A stretch of DNA of 64,000 nt from an uncultured Chromatiales bacterium. GTDB lineage: Bacteria; Pseudomonadota; Gammaproteobacteria; Poriferisulfidales; Oxydemutatoraceae. The DNA lies in contig CAYFZO010000005.1 of NCBI GenBank assembly GCA_964347615.1, forward strand, positions 34,282 through 98,281. Direction: 5' to 3'. Below the pieces are notes generated by a model that was not told where the DNA came from, ran no database searches, and saw only the letters and a program-made list of their open reading frames with translations. Position 1 is the stretch's first letter; each line of letters starts with the position of its first letter. A program made the translations under genes and the position numbers. Positions 1 to 9,474 of this stretch are shown here, piece by piece.

Positions 1-429
1 CGCTTCGGGCACGCCGGGGCGTTCCATCCACCAAAACGACACCAGCAATATGACGACCGCAAGCACGGTGAAAGTACCCCACAAACGAGTCATGCGATGG
101 ATGTGCTCGTTGATCGCGGGCAGAAAATCGTCTTCCTCACGCCTTGTCGGCTTGGGTGCGAATTCATCCAGCAAAGGCGCCGAATCCATTCCCAACAAGC
201 TGCAATACGCGCGGATATAACCGCGAACATAGACGGTCTCGGGCAAGGCGGCGGTGTCCCCGGCTTCCAGCCGCTCGATGAGCGACTTGGACAGGCACAG
301 CCGTTGCGCGACGCTGCCGACCGTCAGACCCTGCTTCTCCCTCTCGTACCGCAGCGTTTGCCCGATGCGGCTCTCCGCGCTTTCCTCGGTTCCTAAATCC
401 GCGCTTTTGAAGAACGGTTCCGCCATCTT
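1..429 (-). CDS. rodZ: Cytoskeleton protein RodZ-like (N-terminal HTH-XRE domain + TM helix). Partial: the C-terminus runs off the window start.
   Basis: The reverse-complement translation from ATG at 429 gives MAEPFFKSADLGTEESAERIGQTLRYEREKQGLTVGSVAQRLCLSKSLIERLEAGD...GTFTVLAVVILLVSFWW. This is an XRE-type HTH followed by a hydrophobic helix, the typical RodZ N-terminus. It is absent from the ORF track because it has no stop within the window. It lies downstream of ndk, as in many gammaproteobacteria. Confidence 0.6.
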
Positions 430-436
430 GAAACTT

Positions 437-868
437 TTACCTCGTGCGTTCGCATATTTCGTCGTCGTCGAAAAAGAACGCAATCTCGGTCTTTGCGGTG
501 TCGGGGGCGTCGGACCCGTGCACCGCGTTTTCGTCTATTGAAGAAGCAAAGTCGGCGCGCACGGTGCCGGGAGCCGCTTGCGCGGGGTCGGTCGCACCCA
601 TGATCTCGCGGTTGCGGACGATGGCGTTCGCACCCTCAAGCACTTGCACCAACACCGGCCCCGAGGTCATGAACTTGACCAACGCCGGGAAAAACGGGCG
701 CTCGCGATGCACCGCGTAAAAACCCTCGGCGCGCTCGCGCGTCAGGTGCAGCATCTTCGAGGCCACGATCCTGAGGCCGCCTTTCTCGAACCGGCTGCAA
801 ATTTCGCCGACGCAGTTGGCTGCAACCGCGTCGGGCTTGATGATGGATAGGGTGCGCTCAACGGCCAT
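437..868 (-). CDS. ndk: Nucleoside diphosphate kinase.
   Basis: 143 aa: [40 protein letters not shown]...HGSD. This is the canonical Ndk sequence, including the active-site His region. A good RBS (aaggaga) precedes the ATG. Confidence 0.95.
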   Translation of the reverse strand: MAVERTLSIIKPDAVAANCVGEICSRFEKGGLRIVASKMLHLTRERAEGFYAVHRERPFFPALVKFMTSGPVLVQVLEGANAIVRNREIMGATDPAQAAPGTVRADFASSIDENAVHGSDAPDTAKTEIAFFFDDDEICERTR

Positions 869-1159
869 TTCATCTCCTTGTGTTTTCCCCGGGTTCCGCG
901 TGAAATCGCTACATTACTATAACTTGCCGGCGGGCTGCACGGCGCAGCTTGGGTCGAAGCGGGGAAAGGAGAGATGAAGCACAAGCCTCGACGATGCGGA
1001 GCGCCGCTCCCCGCACGCGCCGACTGCCCGTTGGCGAAACGGCTCTTGTCTTTTCCGGTTTGATTTCTTCGGCAAATCAAGCCTTGCGGGCGTGAAGCCA
1101 CCGACGAACGGTGCCTGATCCACGACCGAACGGAAACGCAAGGTGAAATCTCTTCAAGG

Positions 1160-1175
1160 CAGAACATATAATCCC
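1160..1175 (+). promoter_or_regulatory. Candidate -10 element for the ATPase cassette.
   Basis: ACATATAATCC contains a perfect TATAAT about 65 nt upstream of the 1238 ATG. No convincing -35 was found. Confidence 0.3.
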
Positions 1176-1237
1176 TTTCGGTTATTTAACAGCCCCCGAT
1201 TCAACCGGGGTCTCTCTCCCACGCGGGGCTTAACACC

Positions 1238-2704
1238 ATGAAACTCAACGTCAAAATAGAAAATTTGGGGAAGCTGTCCCATGCGGATATTCAAATCCGC
1301 AATTTCACGGTGTTCGCCGGGCCGAACAACACCGGGAAGGCCTACGTTTCAAAGATGCTTTATTCCATATTGAACGTAATGAAAACCGAACATTTGGGGG
1401 AAATGCCAAGCAAAAAGGTTTTCCGTGCTGAACAAAGCCTAAAACGATTTGTCAGATATCTACCAGACACCGCGGAGGGAAAAGAAGAGTTTGCCGATGA
1501 AGCAAAAAACTATCTGAAAAAAATGTACGCGCTCTTTAGGGTCGCTAACGAGAAAAGCTTTGACCAAAAACTCAAGAGGATGAACGCCACGTTGGAAGAA
1601 AGGAAAGAAACAGCAAATAAAATCCTTTCTCTCTTCAAGGAGTTCAAAGATAAGCTGCCTGCAGAAGAAAGCGAGGAGCCGTCAGCCAAGGATTCCCGGT
1701 TTTGGCGCCTCCGCTTAGAATTTAATCTGGAGGATTTATCAAGAACAGCGAGTGAAAATGCGGAGCAGCTGGTCAGCGGTGAATTATCAGAAGATTTCAG
1801 GAGAAATCTAAGGGGGAATTTTGCAATCGAAGACGAAAGCAGCTTACGGTACAGCGGAAAAGAAACCGCTACAATCTCCTGTGAAGATTTAGGAACGTTT
1901 TCCATAGATGAATCGGGTGGCTCGGTTGAATGCCCCGTTGAAAACATCAAGAAATTTCAGGAATTCCCCAAACTCATTTATTTAGAATCACCCATTTACT
2001 GGAAGATGAAAGACGCTTTGGAGGCGTCTCGTTTCCGAGAAAGACGTGCGCTTGGTGTTCCTCAATACTTTTATGATTTGATGGCGGAGCTTCGAGAGAC
2101 AAAGGGCGAGGATTCCCGACCAATCTCTCATTTTCACGAATTGCACGGGCAAGTTTCTGAGGTGGTTGCACAGAGGCCTTTCATCTCAAATGAAAACCCT
2201 CGACAAATAGACCTCTTTCATGAGCTACATGAAGACATTACGGAAACAATCGGGGGGAAACTTGTCGTCTCAGACGAAAGCGAGCTGCTGTTTCAAGAGA
2301 ACGGACGAGAGTACCCGTTATCCGTTGCAGCGATGGGGGTAGTGAATTATGGAATGCTCGGTTTGCTCATAGAAAGAGGCATCATGGACGAAACGACTTT
2401 CCTGTTCATGGATGAACCGGAAGCCCACCTGCATCCCGAATGGCAGGTCAAAATAGCACGGACCCTTTTTGAGCTGGCAAAACTAGGAACCCGCGTGATT
2501 ATCGCAACCCACAGCGTTGACATCCTGGAATGGCTTGCGGTCGAAATCAAAGAGAACCCGGCCAGCGAGAAAATCATCGCCCTCAATCACTTCTCTACGA
2601 AAGGGAAAACCATGGACCACGAAGGGGATCTCGCGAGAAAACAATCCGCCATAATAGTCGAATTGACCGAACCCTTTTACGACCTCTACATGCGAGATCT
2701 GTAA
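1238..2704 (+). CDS. AAA_15/AAA_21-family (ABC/SMC-like, OLD-family-type) ATPase.
   Basis: 488 aa with a Walker A motif (FAGPNNTGKA), a Walker B/D-loop (TFLFMDEPEAHLHPEW) and an H-loop (IIATHSVD). Its GC is visibly lower than the flanks. Its stop codon abuts the ATG of the next gene (TAAATG), indicating an operon. Confidence 0.8.
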   Translation: MKLNVKIENLGKLSHADIQIRNFTVFAGPNNTGKAYVSKMLYSILNVMKTEHLGEMPSKKVFRAEQSLKRFVRYLPDTAEGKEEFADEAKNYLKKMYALFRVANEKSFDQKLKRMNATLEERKETANKILSLFKEFKDKLPAEESEEPSAKDSRFWRLRLEFNLEDLSRTASENAEQLVSGELSEDFRRNLRGNFAIEDESSLRYSGKETATISCEDLGTFSIDESGGSVECPVENIKKFQEFPKLIYLESPIYWKMKDALEASRFRERRALGVPQYFYDLMAELRETKGEDSRPISHFHELHGQVSEVVAQRPFISNENPRQIDLFHELHEDITETIGGKLVVSDESELLFQENGREYPLSVAAMGVVNYGMLGLLIERGIMDETTFLFMDEPEAHLHPEWQVKIARTLFELAKLGTRVIIATHSVDILEWLAVEIKENPASEKIIALNHFSTKGKTMDHEGDLARKQSAIIVELTEPFYDLYMRDL

Positions 2705-3343
2705 ATGTTCCTTAAGCCTTTTCACGAAGAAATTAAGCTGGATGAGAGCGGGCGTTCAAGTGGAAACGTTGAACTGCAGAACCCACCTACAGGCATTAAA
2801 GCAATCAAGGTTGATGGCAAAACTGAGTCATCTAACGGTCGAAGCTTATACGCTGAAGTGGGGTGCGGAAGTTGCCATTGTTGTGACTACATCTTGCTGA
2901 AACGCGAAGGAGAAAAAGGAAAGCGAATTCATTTTATAGAAATCTCTGATTTAGGAGAGAAAGAACATTTTTTACATAAGAAGTATAGGTACGTTAAAAA
3001 TCAAGAAAATAGACGCCGAATAGTACGCGAAGAAATTATCCGCGAGCAAGTCTTAAAAGTTTATGGAAGCCTCGTCGTTTTTCTTCGGCTACCTATCATC
3101 TCTAAAGCAGATTGGAGAAGAATTCCATTACAAAAACGTGACATAAATAAAGAAAAAAAAGCAATTTGCGGCAAAGAAGCAGTTTTTTGTTTTGTTATAA
3201 GTGGTCTTAAAACACCGAAAGGTACTCAATCTTTTGCTTATTTAAAAAACCGTTTAAGACCCGACAGATTCCCTTCATTTATATCCCACGTTCGCGTAAT
3301 GGGGGAGAAAGAATTTATAAAAGAGTACCGTCAGAGCGGCTAA
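2705..3343 (+). CDS. Uncharacterised 212-aa Cys-rich basic protein, partner of the upstream ATPase. No fold recognised by eye.
   Basis: The ORF is tightly coupled to the ATPase gene and is extremely AT-rich (about 37% GC by rough count) inside a ~65% GC genome. Motifs include EVGCGSCHCCDY, LKREGEKGKRIHF and CGKEAVFC. It is lysine/arginine-rich. Confidence 0.6.
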   Translation: MFLKPFHEEIKLDESGRSSGNVELQNPPTGIKAIKVDGKTESSNGRSLYAEVGCGSCHCCDYILLKREGEKGKRIHFIEISDLGEKEHFLHKKYRYVKNQENRRRIVREEIIREQVLKVYGSLVVFLRLPIISKADWRRIPLQKRDINKEKKAICGKEAVFCFVISGLKTPKGTQSFAYLKNRLRPDRFPSFISHVRVMGEKEFIKEYRQSG

Positions 3344-3383
3344 CCAAACTTTCAAGCAGCAACGTTACGTGCATACCGCGCAA

Positions 3384-3412
3384 GGACGTCCTGGACGTCA
3401 CCGGGGTTTTTT
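3384..3412 (+). terminator. Putative rho-independent terminator (possibly bidirectional) in the 80-bp gap between the cassette and the convergent iscX.
   Basis: GACGTCCTGGACGTC forms a palindromic stem, followed by ACCGGGG and a run of six T. The spacer before the T-run is suboptimal. Confidence 0.35.
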
Positions 3413-3421
3413 GAATCGACG

Positions 3422-3622
3422 TCACGCTTTCTCCTCGATCCACATCATCTGAATCGCTTCAAGCACTTTCTCGCCGCAGTGCGCGGGGTCGTCGTCGAAC
3501 TCCTCGAGCGCACAGACCCATTCGCGCAAGTCGGTGAAGCGCACGTATTGCGGATCCACGTCGGGATGCGCTTCGTCGAGCGCGATGGCGACGTCCCTGC
3601 TGTCGGTCCATTTAAGCCCCAT
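3422..3622 (-). CDS. iscX: Fe-S assembly protein IscX.
   Basis: [66 protein letters not shown] is near-identical in pattern to E. coli IscX ([24 protein letters not shown]...). The ORF-track entry 3422-3841 is this gene with a spurious in-frame 5' extension into fdx. Confidence 0.85.
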   Translation of the reverse strand: [66 protein letters not shown]

Positions 3623-3636
3623 GCTGGCGTTCCTCC

Positions 3637-3975
3637 TCAGTCGTTCTCTGAAACAAGATTGATAGTGTACTTCGGAATCTCGACCACCAAATCCTCGGTG
3701 GCGACCTTCGCCTGGCAACTCAGCCTCGAATCGGGGTCGAGACCCCAAGCCTTGTCGAGATAATCCTCTTCGTTCTCGCTCGGTTCCTCGAGCGAGTCGT
3801 AACCCTCGCGCACGTGCACGTGGCAAGTGGTGCACGCGCACGACTTCTCGCAGGCGTGCTCGATCTCGATGCCGTTCTGAAGCGCCGCGTCGCAGATGCT
3901 GATACCCGACTCGACCTCGATGGTCTTGCCTTCAGGGCAGAATTTCTCGTGCGGCAAAAACTGTATCTTCGGCAT
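3637..3975 (-). CDS. fdx: [2Fe-2S] ferredoxin of the ISC system.
   Basis: MPKIQFLPHEKFCPEGKTIEVESGISICDAALQNGIEIEHACEKSCACTTCHVHVREG...LSCQAKV matches E. coli Fdx almost motif-for-motif. The start is at MPKIQF; the track ORF begins 4 codons earlier. Confidence 0.9.
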   Translation of the reverse strand: MPKIQFLPHEKFCPEGKTIEVESGISICDAALQNGIEIEHACEKSCACTTCHVHVREGYDSLEEPSENEEDYLDKAWGLDPDSRLSCQAKVATEDLVVEIPKYTINLVSEND

Positions 3976-3983
3976 CGCGTGCA

Positions 3984-5870
3984 TCAACCGGCTTTGTCTT
4001 CGCTGAATTCCTCGACCGCGCGACCGCGCATCACGCGTTGGACGCTGCGGTTCATGCGCCGCGCGACGTAGGCTTCGCTGCTTTTCTCGAGCGCCTCTAT
4101 CGCGGCGGCGACGGCGTCGGGGTCGCCCGAACCGACGGCGTCCTGCACCCGTTTGCGGGCGGCGTCGATTGCGGCGCGTTCACCTGCTTCGAGCAGTTCG
4201 TCGCCGTCCGCGGCGAGCGCCGAGTCGAGCGCCTCGATCACGCGCTGCGCTTCGACCTCGCGTTCCCTCAAGCGTCGCGCTTCGACGTCCTCGGCGGCGT
4301 GCGTCATCGAGTCCTTGAGCATCGTCTCTATCTCTCCGTCGGACAAGCCGTAAGAAGGGCGCACTTCAACCCCGGCCTTGACGCCCTGAGTGGTCTCCTC
4401 GGCCTCAACCGTGAGCAGGCCGTCGGCGTCCACCTGAAAGGTAACACGGATGCGCGCCGCGCCCGCGACCAGCGGAGGAAAACCCCTCAGCTCAAAGCGC
4501 GCAAGCGAGCGGCATTCGTCGACCAACTCGCGCTCGCCTTGCACCACGTGAATCGACATGCCGGTCTGCCCGTCCTTGAAGGTCGTGAATTCCTGCGCGC
4601 GCGCGACCGGAATCGCGGTGTTCCTCGGAATGATTTTCTCGACCAGCCCGCCCATGGTCTCGATACCGAGCGACAGCGGTGCGACGTCGAGCAGCAACAT
4701 CTCACGTTGCACCGCGTTGCCGATCAACAGGTCGGCTTGAATCGCGGCACCGACGGCGACCACGCGGTCGGGGTCAACGCCGGTGAGAGGCTTGCGCGCG
4801 AACGTCTCCTCGACCCGACGGCGCACCAGCGGCACCCTCGTCGAGCCGCCGACCAGCACGACCTCGCCGACTTCCTGAGGAGACAACCCCGCGTCGTGCA
4901 GCACTTCACGGCACACCGAGACGACCTTCTCAAGCAACGGTTCGATCAGCCGCTCCACGTTCTCGCGGGTGAGACGTTGTTCCCAAGCACGTCCGCCGGG
5001 CAGCTCGACGCGGCGCACGACTTCCTCGGACTCGCTCAGCCGTTCCTTGAACGCGCGCGCTTCGCGCAGCAAGCCGCGCAAGACGGCGGGTTCCTCGTCG
5101 CCGCTCAGTCCGCCTTGCTCGGCCAGACGTTCGGAGATGAGCCGGTCGAAGTCGTCGCCGCCGAGTGCGGTGTCGCCGCCGGTCGCGAGCACTTGGAACA
5201 CGCCTTTTTCAAGCTTCAGCACCGACACGTCGAACGTGCCGCCGCCGAGGTCGAACACCACGATGATGCCTTCGCCGCCCTGGTCGAGACCGTAGGCGAC
5301 CGCGGCGGCGGTCGGCTCGTTCAACAGACGCAGCACCTCGAGGCCCGCGAGCTTCGCCGCGTCCTTGGTCGCCTGACGCTGGGCGTCGTCGAAATAGGCC
5401 GGCACGGTGACGACGACGCCGTCGAGAGGCGCGGCGAGCGCAAGCTCGGCACGTTGCTTGAGCGCCTTGAGAATCTCGGACGACACCTCGACCGCGGTCT
5501 TCGGCCCCGCCGCGGTTTCGATCCTTGCGACCGTGCCTTCGGCGTGAGTAACGCGGTAAGGCAGGCGCCCGCGCAACGCGTCGGCTTCCTCAGGGCGACG
5601 TCCCATCAGGCGCTTGACCGACGCAATCACGTTCAAGGGGTCGGTGAGCGCCGCGTCGAGCGCCGCGGTGCCGACGACAACCTCGTCGGACAGATAGCGC
5701 ACGACCGACGGCAAAGCGTGGCGGCCTTGTTCGTCAGCCAAGGTGTCGGCCTTGCCGTCCTGAACCAACGCAATCAACGAGTTGGTCGTGCCGAGGTCTA
5801 TGCCGGCGGCCAGACGCGGACGGCGCGGCTGTGGCGACTCGCCGGGCTCGCTGATCTGGATAAGCGCCAT
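3984..5870 (-). CDS. hscA: Fe-S cluster chaperone HscA (Hsp70 family).
   Basis: 628 aa: [12 protein letters not shown]...[10 protein letters not shown], the Hsp70 ATPase signatures. Its position between hscB and fdx also fits. Confidence 0.95.
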   Translation of the reverse strand: MALIQISEPGESPQPRRPRLAAGIDLGTTNSLIALVQDGKADTLADEQGRHALPSVVRYLSDEVVVGTAALDAALTDPLNVIASVKRLMGRRPEEADALRGRLPYRVTHAEGTVARIETAAGPKTAVEVSSEILKALKQRAELALAAPLDGVVVTVPAYFDDAQRQATKDAAKLAGLEVLRLLNEPTAAAVAYGLDQGGEGIIVVFDLGGGTFDVSVLKLEKGVFQVLATGGDTALGGDDFDRLISERLAEQGGLSGDEEPAVLRGLLREARAFKERLSESEEVVRRVELPGGRAWEQRLTRENVERLIEPLLEKVVSVCREVLHDAGLSPQEVGEVVLVGGSTRVPLVRRRVEETFARKPLTGVDPDRVVAVGAAIQADLLIGNAVQREMLLLDVAPLSLGIETMGGLVEKIIPRNTAIPVARAQEFTTFKDGQTGMSIHVVQGERELVDECRSLARFELRGFPPLVAGAARIRVTFQVDADGLLTVEAEETTQGVKAGVEVRPSYGLSDGEIETMLKDSMTHAAEDVEARRLREREVEAQRVIEALDSALAADGDELLEAGERAAIDAARKRVQDAVGSGDPDAVAAAIEALEKSSEAYVARRMNRSVQRVMRGRAVEEFSEDKAG

Positions 5871-5876
5871 CGCGGT

Positions 5877-6434
5877 TCATTGACCGCCCGCGTGGGCGGC
5901 AGGCGTCAGGGCACGGCGGCGTGCGGTGCCGATCTCGTCGCGGAATTTGCGGATGAACTTCATCTTGAGCACGGTTTCGCGCGCGGCGTCAAGATTGCTT
6001 TCAGCGTAAGCGCGCTCGAAACTCCCGGTCAGGTCGATCATCCGTGCGCCGGCGTCTTGTTCGAGCCGCGTCAACGCAGCGGCGGGATTGTCGGCGGCGA
6101 CGCTTTGTTCAAGCGCCTCGCGCAGCTCCATCTGTTCCATCAGGAAATCGGGGTCGTTCAAGGTGTCGGGCTCGTCGTTGAATGCGACGCCTTTGAGCTC
6201 AAGCAGGTAAGCGGCGCGCGCGCAATCGTCGCTCAGCACCGCGTAGGCTTGATTGACCAGCGCGGCGCCTTGCATCGCAAGCCGCTTTTCCCGTGCCCCG
6301 GCGGTCGCGTAGCGATCGGGGTGCAACAGCGACTGCAACTCGCGGTACTTGCTTTCTATCCGCGCGGACTCGACGCTGAAACCCGTCGGTACGCCGAACA
6401 ACTCAAAATAATTGTCGGCGGGATTCAGGTTCAT
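5877..6434 (-). CDS. hscB: Co-chaperone HscB (J-domain).
   Basis: MNLNPADNYFELFGVPTGF...LHPDRY carries the J-domain HPD motif. The start is taken at the internal ATG (6434); the longer track ORF runs into iscA. Confidence 0.9.
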   Translation of the reverse strand: MNLNPADNYFELFGVPTGFSVESARIESKYRELQSLLHPDRYATAGAREKRLAMQGAALVNQAYAVLSDDCARAAYLLELKGVAFNDEPDTLNDPDFLMEQMELREALEQSVAADNPAAALTRLEQDAGARMIDLTGSFERAYAESNLDAARETVLKMKFIRKFRDEIGTARRRALTPAAHAGGQ

Positions 6435-6569
6435 GACCAAGCGGATGAAAACGCGGCGGCGAAAGCACCGGGCGACGAAACGGTTCTGAAGCGGCGTACT
6501 TCGGGAGACGTCTTGAGGGACGTCGGGAGGTACGGGGCCTGCGGTCGCGGCGGAAAAGACCGGCACGTC

Positions 6570-6893
6570 TTATACGTTGAAGCTTTCTCCGCAGCCGCAA
6601 CGCCCCTTCTCGTTCGGGTTGTTGAACCTGAAGCCTTCGTTGAGACCTTCCTTGCCGAAATCGAGCTCGGTTCCTTCGAGATACGCCAAGCTCTTCCGGT
6701 CCACCACCATCTTGACGCCCTTGTCTTCGAACACCTGATCGCCCTCCTCGAGCCGGTCGGCGTATTCGATGACGTAGGCCATGCCTGAGCAGCCGCTGGT
6801 GCGTACGCCGAGGCGTACGCCGAGCCCCTTGCCGCGCACGGCGATGTGCCGCCTGACCCGGTCCGCAGCGGCGTCGGTCAACGTAATCGCCAT
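6570..6893 (-). CDS. iscA: A-type Fe-S carrier IscA.
   Basis: 107 aa with the SGCSGMAY...CGCGESF cysteine motifs of IscA/HesB. Confidence 0.9.
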   Translation of the reverse strand: MAITLTDAAADRVRRHIAVRGKGLGVRLGVRTSGCSGMAYVIEYADRLEEGDQVFEDKGVKMVVDRKSLAYLEGTELDFGKEGLNEGFRFNNPNEKGRCGCGESFNV

Positions 6894-6947
6894 CGGGAGC
6901 CTCCCTGAAAAACCTCGTCGAAGCTTCGTCGAAATCCGGACGTCGCT

Positions 6948-7349
6948 TCAGGCGGATTTCTTGTGAAGGCCCGTCTGCTTTTGCTCGTAGTCCTTGATCG
7001 CAGCTTTGATCGCGTCTTCGGCGAGCACCGAACAGTGAATCTTCACCGGCGGCAACGACAGTTCCTCGGCGATTTGCGAGTTCTTGATTCGCTGCGCTTC
7101 GCCGAGGGTCTTGCCCTGCACCCACTCGGTGAGCAGGCTCGACGAAGCGATCGCGGAACCGCAACCGTAGGTCCGGAACTTGGCGTCTTCGATGACGCCC
7201 TGGTCGTTGACCTTGATTTGAAGTTTCATCACGTCGCCGCACGCCGGCGCGCCGACCATGCCGGTACCGACCTGCGGATCCGCCTTGTTCAGCGACCCGA
7301 CGTTACGCGGGTTTTCATAGTGATCAAGCACTTTTTTTCCGTATGCCAT
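6948..7349 (-). CDS. iscU: Fe-S scaffold IscU.
   Basis: GAPACGDVMKLQIKV...FRTYGCGSAIASSS...LPPVKIHCS are the hallmark IscU motifs. Confidence 0.95.
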   Translation of the reverse strand: MAYGKKVLDHYENPRNVGSLNKADPQVGTGMVGAPACGDVMKLQIKVNDQGVIEDAKFRTYGCGSAIASSSLLTEWVQGKTLGEAQRIKNSQIAEELSLPPVKIHCSVLAEDAIKAAIKDYEQKQTGLHKKSA

Positions 7350-7377
7350 GGTTTGATCCTCCTTTAAAGAATTCTTG

Positions 7378-8601
7378 TCAATGCACGACCCACTCGACGG
7401 AGTCGAGGTCCACGCCTTCCTTGAACATCTCCCACAACGGGGAGAGGTCCCGCAACTTGCCGACCGCGTTCTTTATCAGTTTCACGGTGTAGTCAACGTC
7501 TTCCGCCGTGGTGTAGCGGCCGATGGAAAACCTGATCGAGCTGTGCGCGAGTTCGTCGTTGCGGCCGATGGCGCGCAGCACGTAGCTCGGTTCGAGAGAA
7601 GCCGAAGTGCACGCCGAACCGCTCGAGACCGCGATGTCTTTCAACGCCATAATCAGCGACTCGCCTTCGACGAAGTTGAAACTGACGTTGAGGTTGCCGG
7701 CGACGCGGCGTTCAAGCGAGCCGTTCACGTAGACTTCCTCTATGTCTTTCAAGCCTTCCCACAATCTGTCGCGCAGTCCCTTGATGCGCTCGATCTCGGC
7801 GGGCATGACTTCCTTGGCGACGCGGAACGCCTCGCCCATGCCGACGATCTGGTGGGTTGCGAGGGTGCCCGAACGCATGCCGCGTTCGTGACCACCGCCG
7901 TGCATCTGCGCCTCGATGCGCACGCGCGGCTTGCGCCTGACGTACAGCGCGCCGATGCCTTTCGGCCCGTAAATCTTGTGTGCCGAGAAGCTCATCAAAT
8001 CCACTTCCAACTGCTTGAGGTCTATCGGCATCTTGCCCGCGCTCTGCGCCGCGTCAACGTGGAAAATGATGCCGCGCTCACGCGCGATCCGTCCGATCGC
8101 CTCGATGTCTTGAATCACGCCGATCTCGTTGTTGACGTGCATCACCGACACCAACACCGTGTCGTCGCGCAACGCCGCTTCAAATTTGCCGAGGTCGAGC
8201 AAGCCGTCCGATTCCGGTTCAAGATAAGTCACTTCAAAGCCTTCGCGCTCCAGTTGCCGACAGGTGTCGAGCACCGCTTTATGCTCGGTCTTGAGGGTGA
8301 CGACGTGCTTGCCTTTCTTGCTGTAGAAATGCGCCGCGCCCTTGATGGCCAGGTTGTCGGCCTCGGTCGCGCCGCTGGTCCAGACGATTTCCCTGGGGTC
8401 GGCGTTGACCAGCGCGGCGACGTGACCGCGCGCCTCCTCGACCGCTTCCTCGGCTTTCCAGCCGAACGAATGACTGCGTGAAGCGGGGTTGCCGAAAGCG
8501 CCCTCGGGGGTCATGAACTCGGTCATCTTCTTGGCGACGCGCTCGTCCACCGGCGTGGTCGCGTTGTAGTCGAGGTAGATTGGCAGCTTCATTTTGCTCA
8601 T
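7378..8601 (-). CDS. iscS: Cysteine desulfurase IscS.
   Basis: [16 protein letters not shown]...[22 protein letters not shown]...[17 protein letters not shown] is essentially collinear with E. coli IscS. The true start may be the MKLP ATG at 8592. Confidence 0.95.
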   Translation of the reverse strand: MSKMKLPIYLDYNATTPVDERVAKKMTEFMTPEGAFGNPASRSHSFGWKAEEAVEEARGHVAALVNADPREIVWTSGATEADNLAIKGAAHFYSKKGKHVVTLKTEHKAVLDTCRQLEREGFEVTYLEPESDGLLDLGKFEAALRDDTVLVSVMHVNNEIGVIQDIEAIGRIARERGIIFHVDAAQSAGKMPIDLKQLEVDLMSFSAHKIYGPKGIGALYVRRKPRVRIEAQMHGGGHERGMRSGTLATHQIVGMGEAFRVAKEVMPAEIERIKGLRDRLWEGLKDIEEVYVNGSLERRVAGNLNVSFNFVEGESLIMALKDIAVSSGSACTSASLEPSYVLRAIGRNDELAHSSIRFSIGRYTTAEDVDYTVKLIKNAVGKLRDLSPLWEMFKEGVDLDSVEWVVH

Positions 8602-9101
8602 TACTGGGCCCTCTCCGGCAAGGCGTCGTCGTGGCGACGCACCGGTGCCGCGCGACGTTGTTCGAACAGACTGTCTTGACGCTTCGCAACCTTGACCGCT
8701 TCGCGTTCGGCGAGCACTTCGGCCAGCGAAGTGGCGTTGAGAAAATCGTATATCCTGTGGTTCAAGCTATCCCACAAACCGTGTGAGAGACAACGCTGGC
8801 TTCCTTGACAATCGGCCTTGCCGCCGCAACGGGTGTTGTCCACGCTTTCGTCCACCGCGCAGATTACGTCGCCCACCGAAATATCGTCCGACGTCTTCGC
8901 CAGCCTGTAACCGCCGCCGGGGCCGCGACGGCTCGCAACCAAGCCGCTCTTGCACAGCTGCGCAAACAGCTGCCCCAGATAAGAAGCCGGAATGTCCTGA
9001 CGCGCCGCGATGGCGGTGAGCGCCACTTCGCCGTCCTGGCTGTGCAACGCGAGGTCGAGCATCGCTGTTACCGCGTAGCGTCCTTTGGAGGTTACTCTCA
9101 T
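8601..9101 (-). CDS. iscR: Fe-S cluster transcriptional regulator IscR (Rrf2 family).
   Basis: [20 protein letters not shown]... is an Rrf2 HTH, and the spaced cysteines C92/C98/C104 (...[13 protein letters not shown]...) are the cluster ligands. Its stop overlaps the iscS start. Confidence 0.9.
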   Translation of the reverse strand: MRVTSKGRYAVTAMLDLALHSQDGEVALTAIAARQDIPASYLGQLFAQLCKSGLVASRRGPGGGYRLAKTSDDISVGDVICAVDESVDNTRCGGKADCQGSQRCLSHGLWDSLNHRIYDFLNATSLAEVLAEREAVKVAKRQDSLFEQRRAAPVRRHDDALPERAQ

Positions 9102-9149
9102 TGTCCCCGTCCCCGCCCTTCCGGGCGTACTTTCCGCCCCGGGTCGTCC

Positions 9150-9205
9150 CGAAGCCCCCTAAAGATATAATTCCTGAGTGTTTTACGCAAGTACTCCATA
9201 GAGGG
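9150..9205 (-). promoter_or_regulatory. Putative iscR promoter / IscR autoregulatory box region.
   Basis: The minus-strand reading is ATACCCTCTATGGAGTACTTGCGTAAAACACTCAGGAATTATATC. This is an AT-rich patch with a TTATAT -10-like hexamer about 50-60 nt upstream of iscR, in a position analogous to the E. coli IscR type-1 sites. There is no exact consensus match. Confidence 0.25.
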
Positions 9206-9474
9206 TATGTGCCGCCGCCGGGATGGACTTTCAAGAGGGCACAGCGACAACAGCCCCCGAATCGGCGGCAATCGCGCCGTCTCCCCGCCCAGGTCTCGCG
9301 GATGCCGTCTCGCGGACTTCCCCCGCCCTACCTTGCTCTTCGGCAGGCCCGTCGCCCGGGCGCCGCAAGCGTCGGCACGTCCCGAACGGACTCCCTAGAG
9401 CTTATTCCTTGCCGAGAAGCGCCGGATCCAGCTGATAAATCGCTGCTTCCGCCGCCGGGACCACCCGGGACGGG

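Noticed and set aside
3422-3841. 139-aa ORF overlapping fdx.
   Set aside because: It is iscX (3422-3622) plus an in-frame spurious extension. The extension overlaps the well-supported fdx in another frame.
4038-6788. 916-aa plus-strand ORF.
   Set aside because: It is the antisense of hscA/hscB and iscA, has a low-complexity R/A/G/H composition, and lacks an RBS. It is a high-GC shadow ORF.
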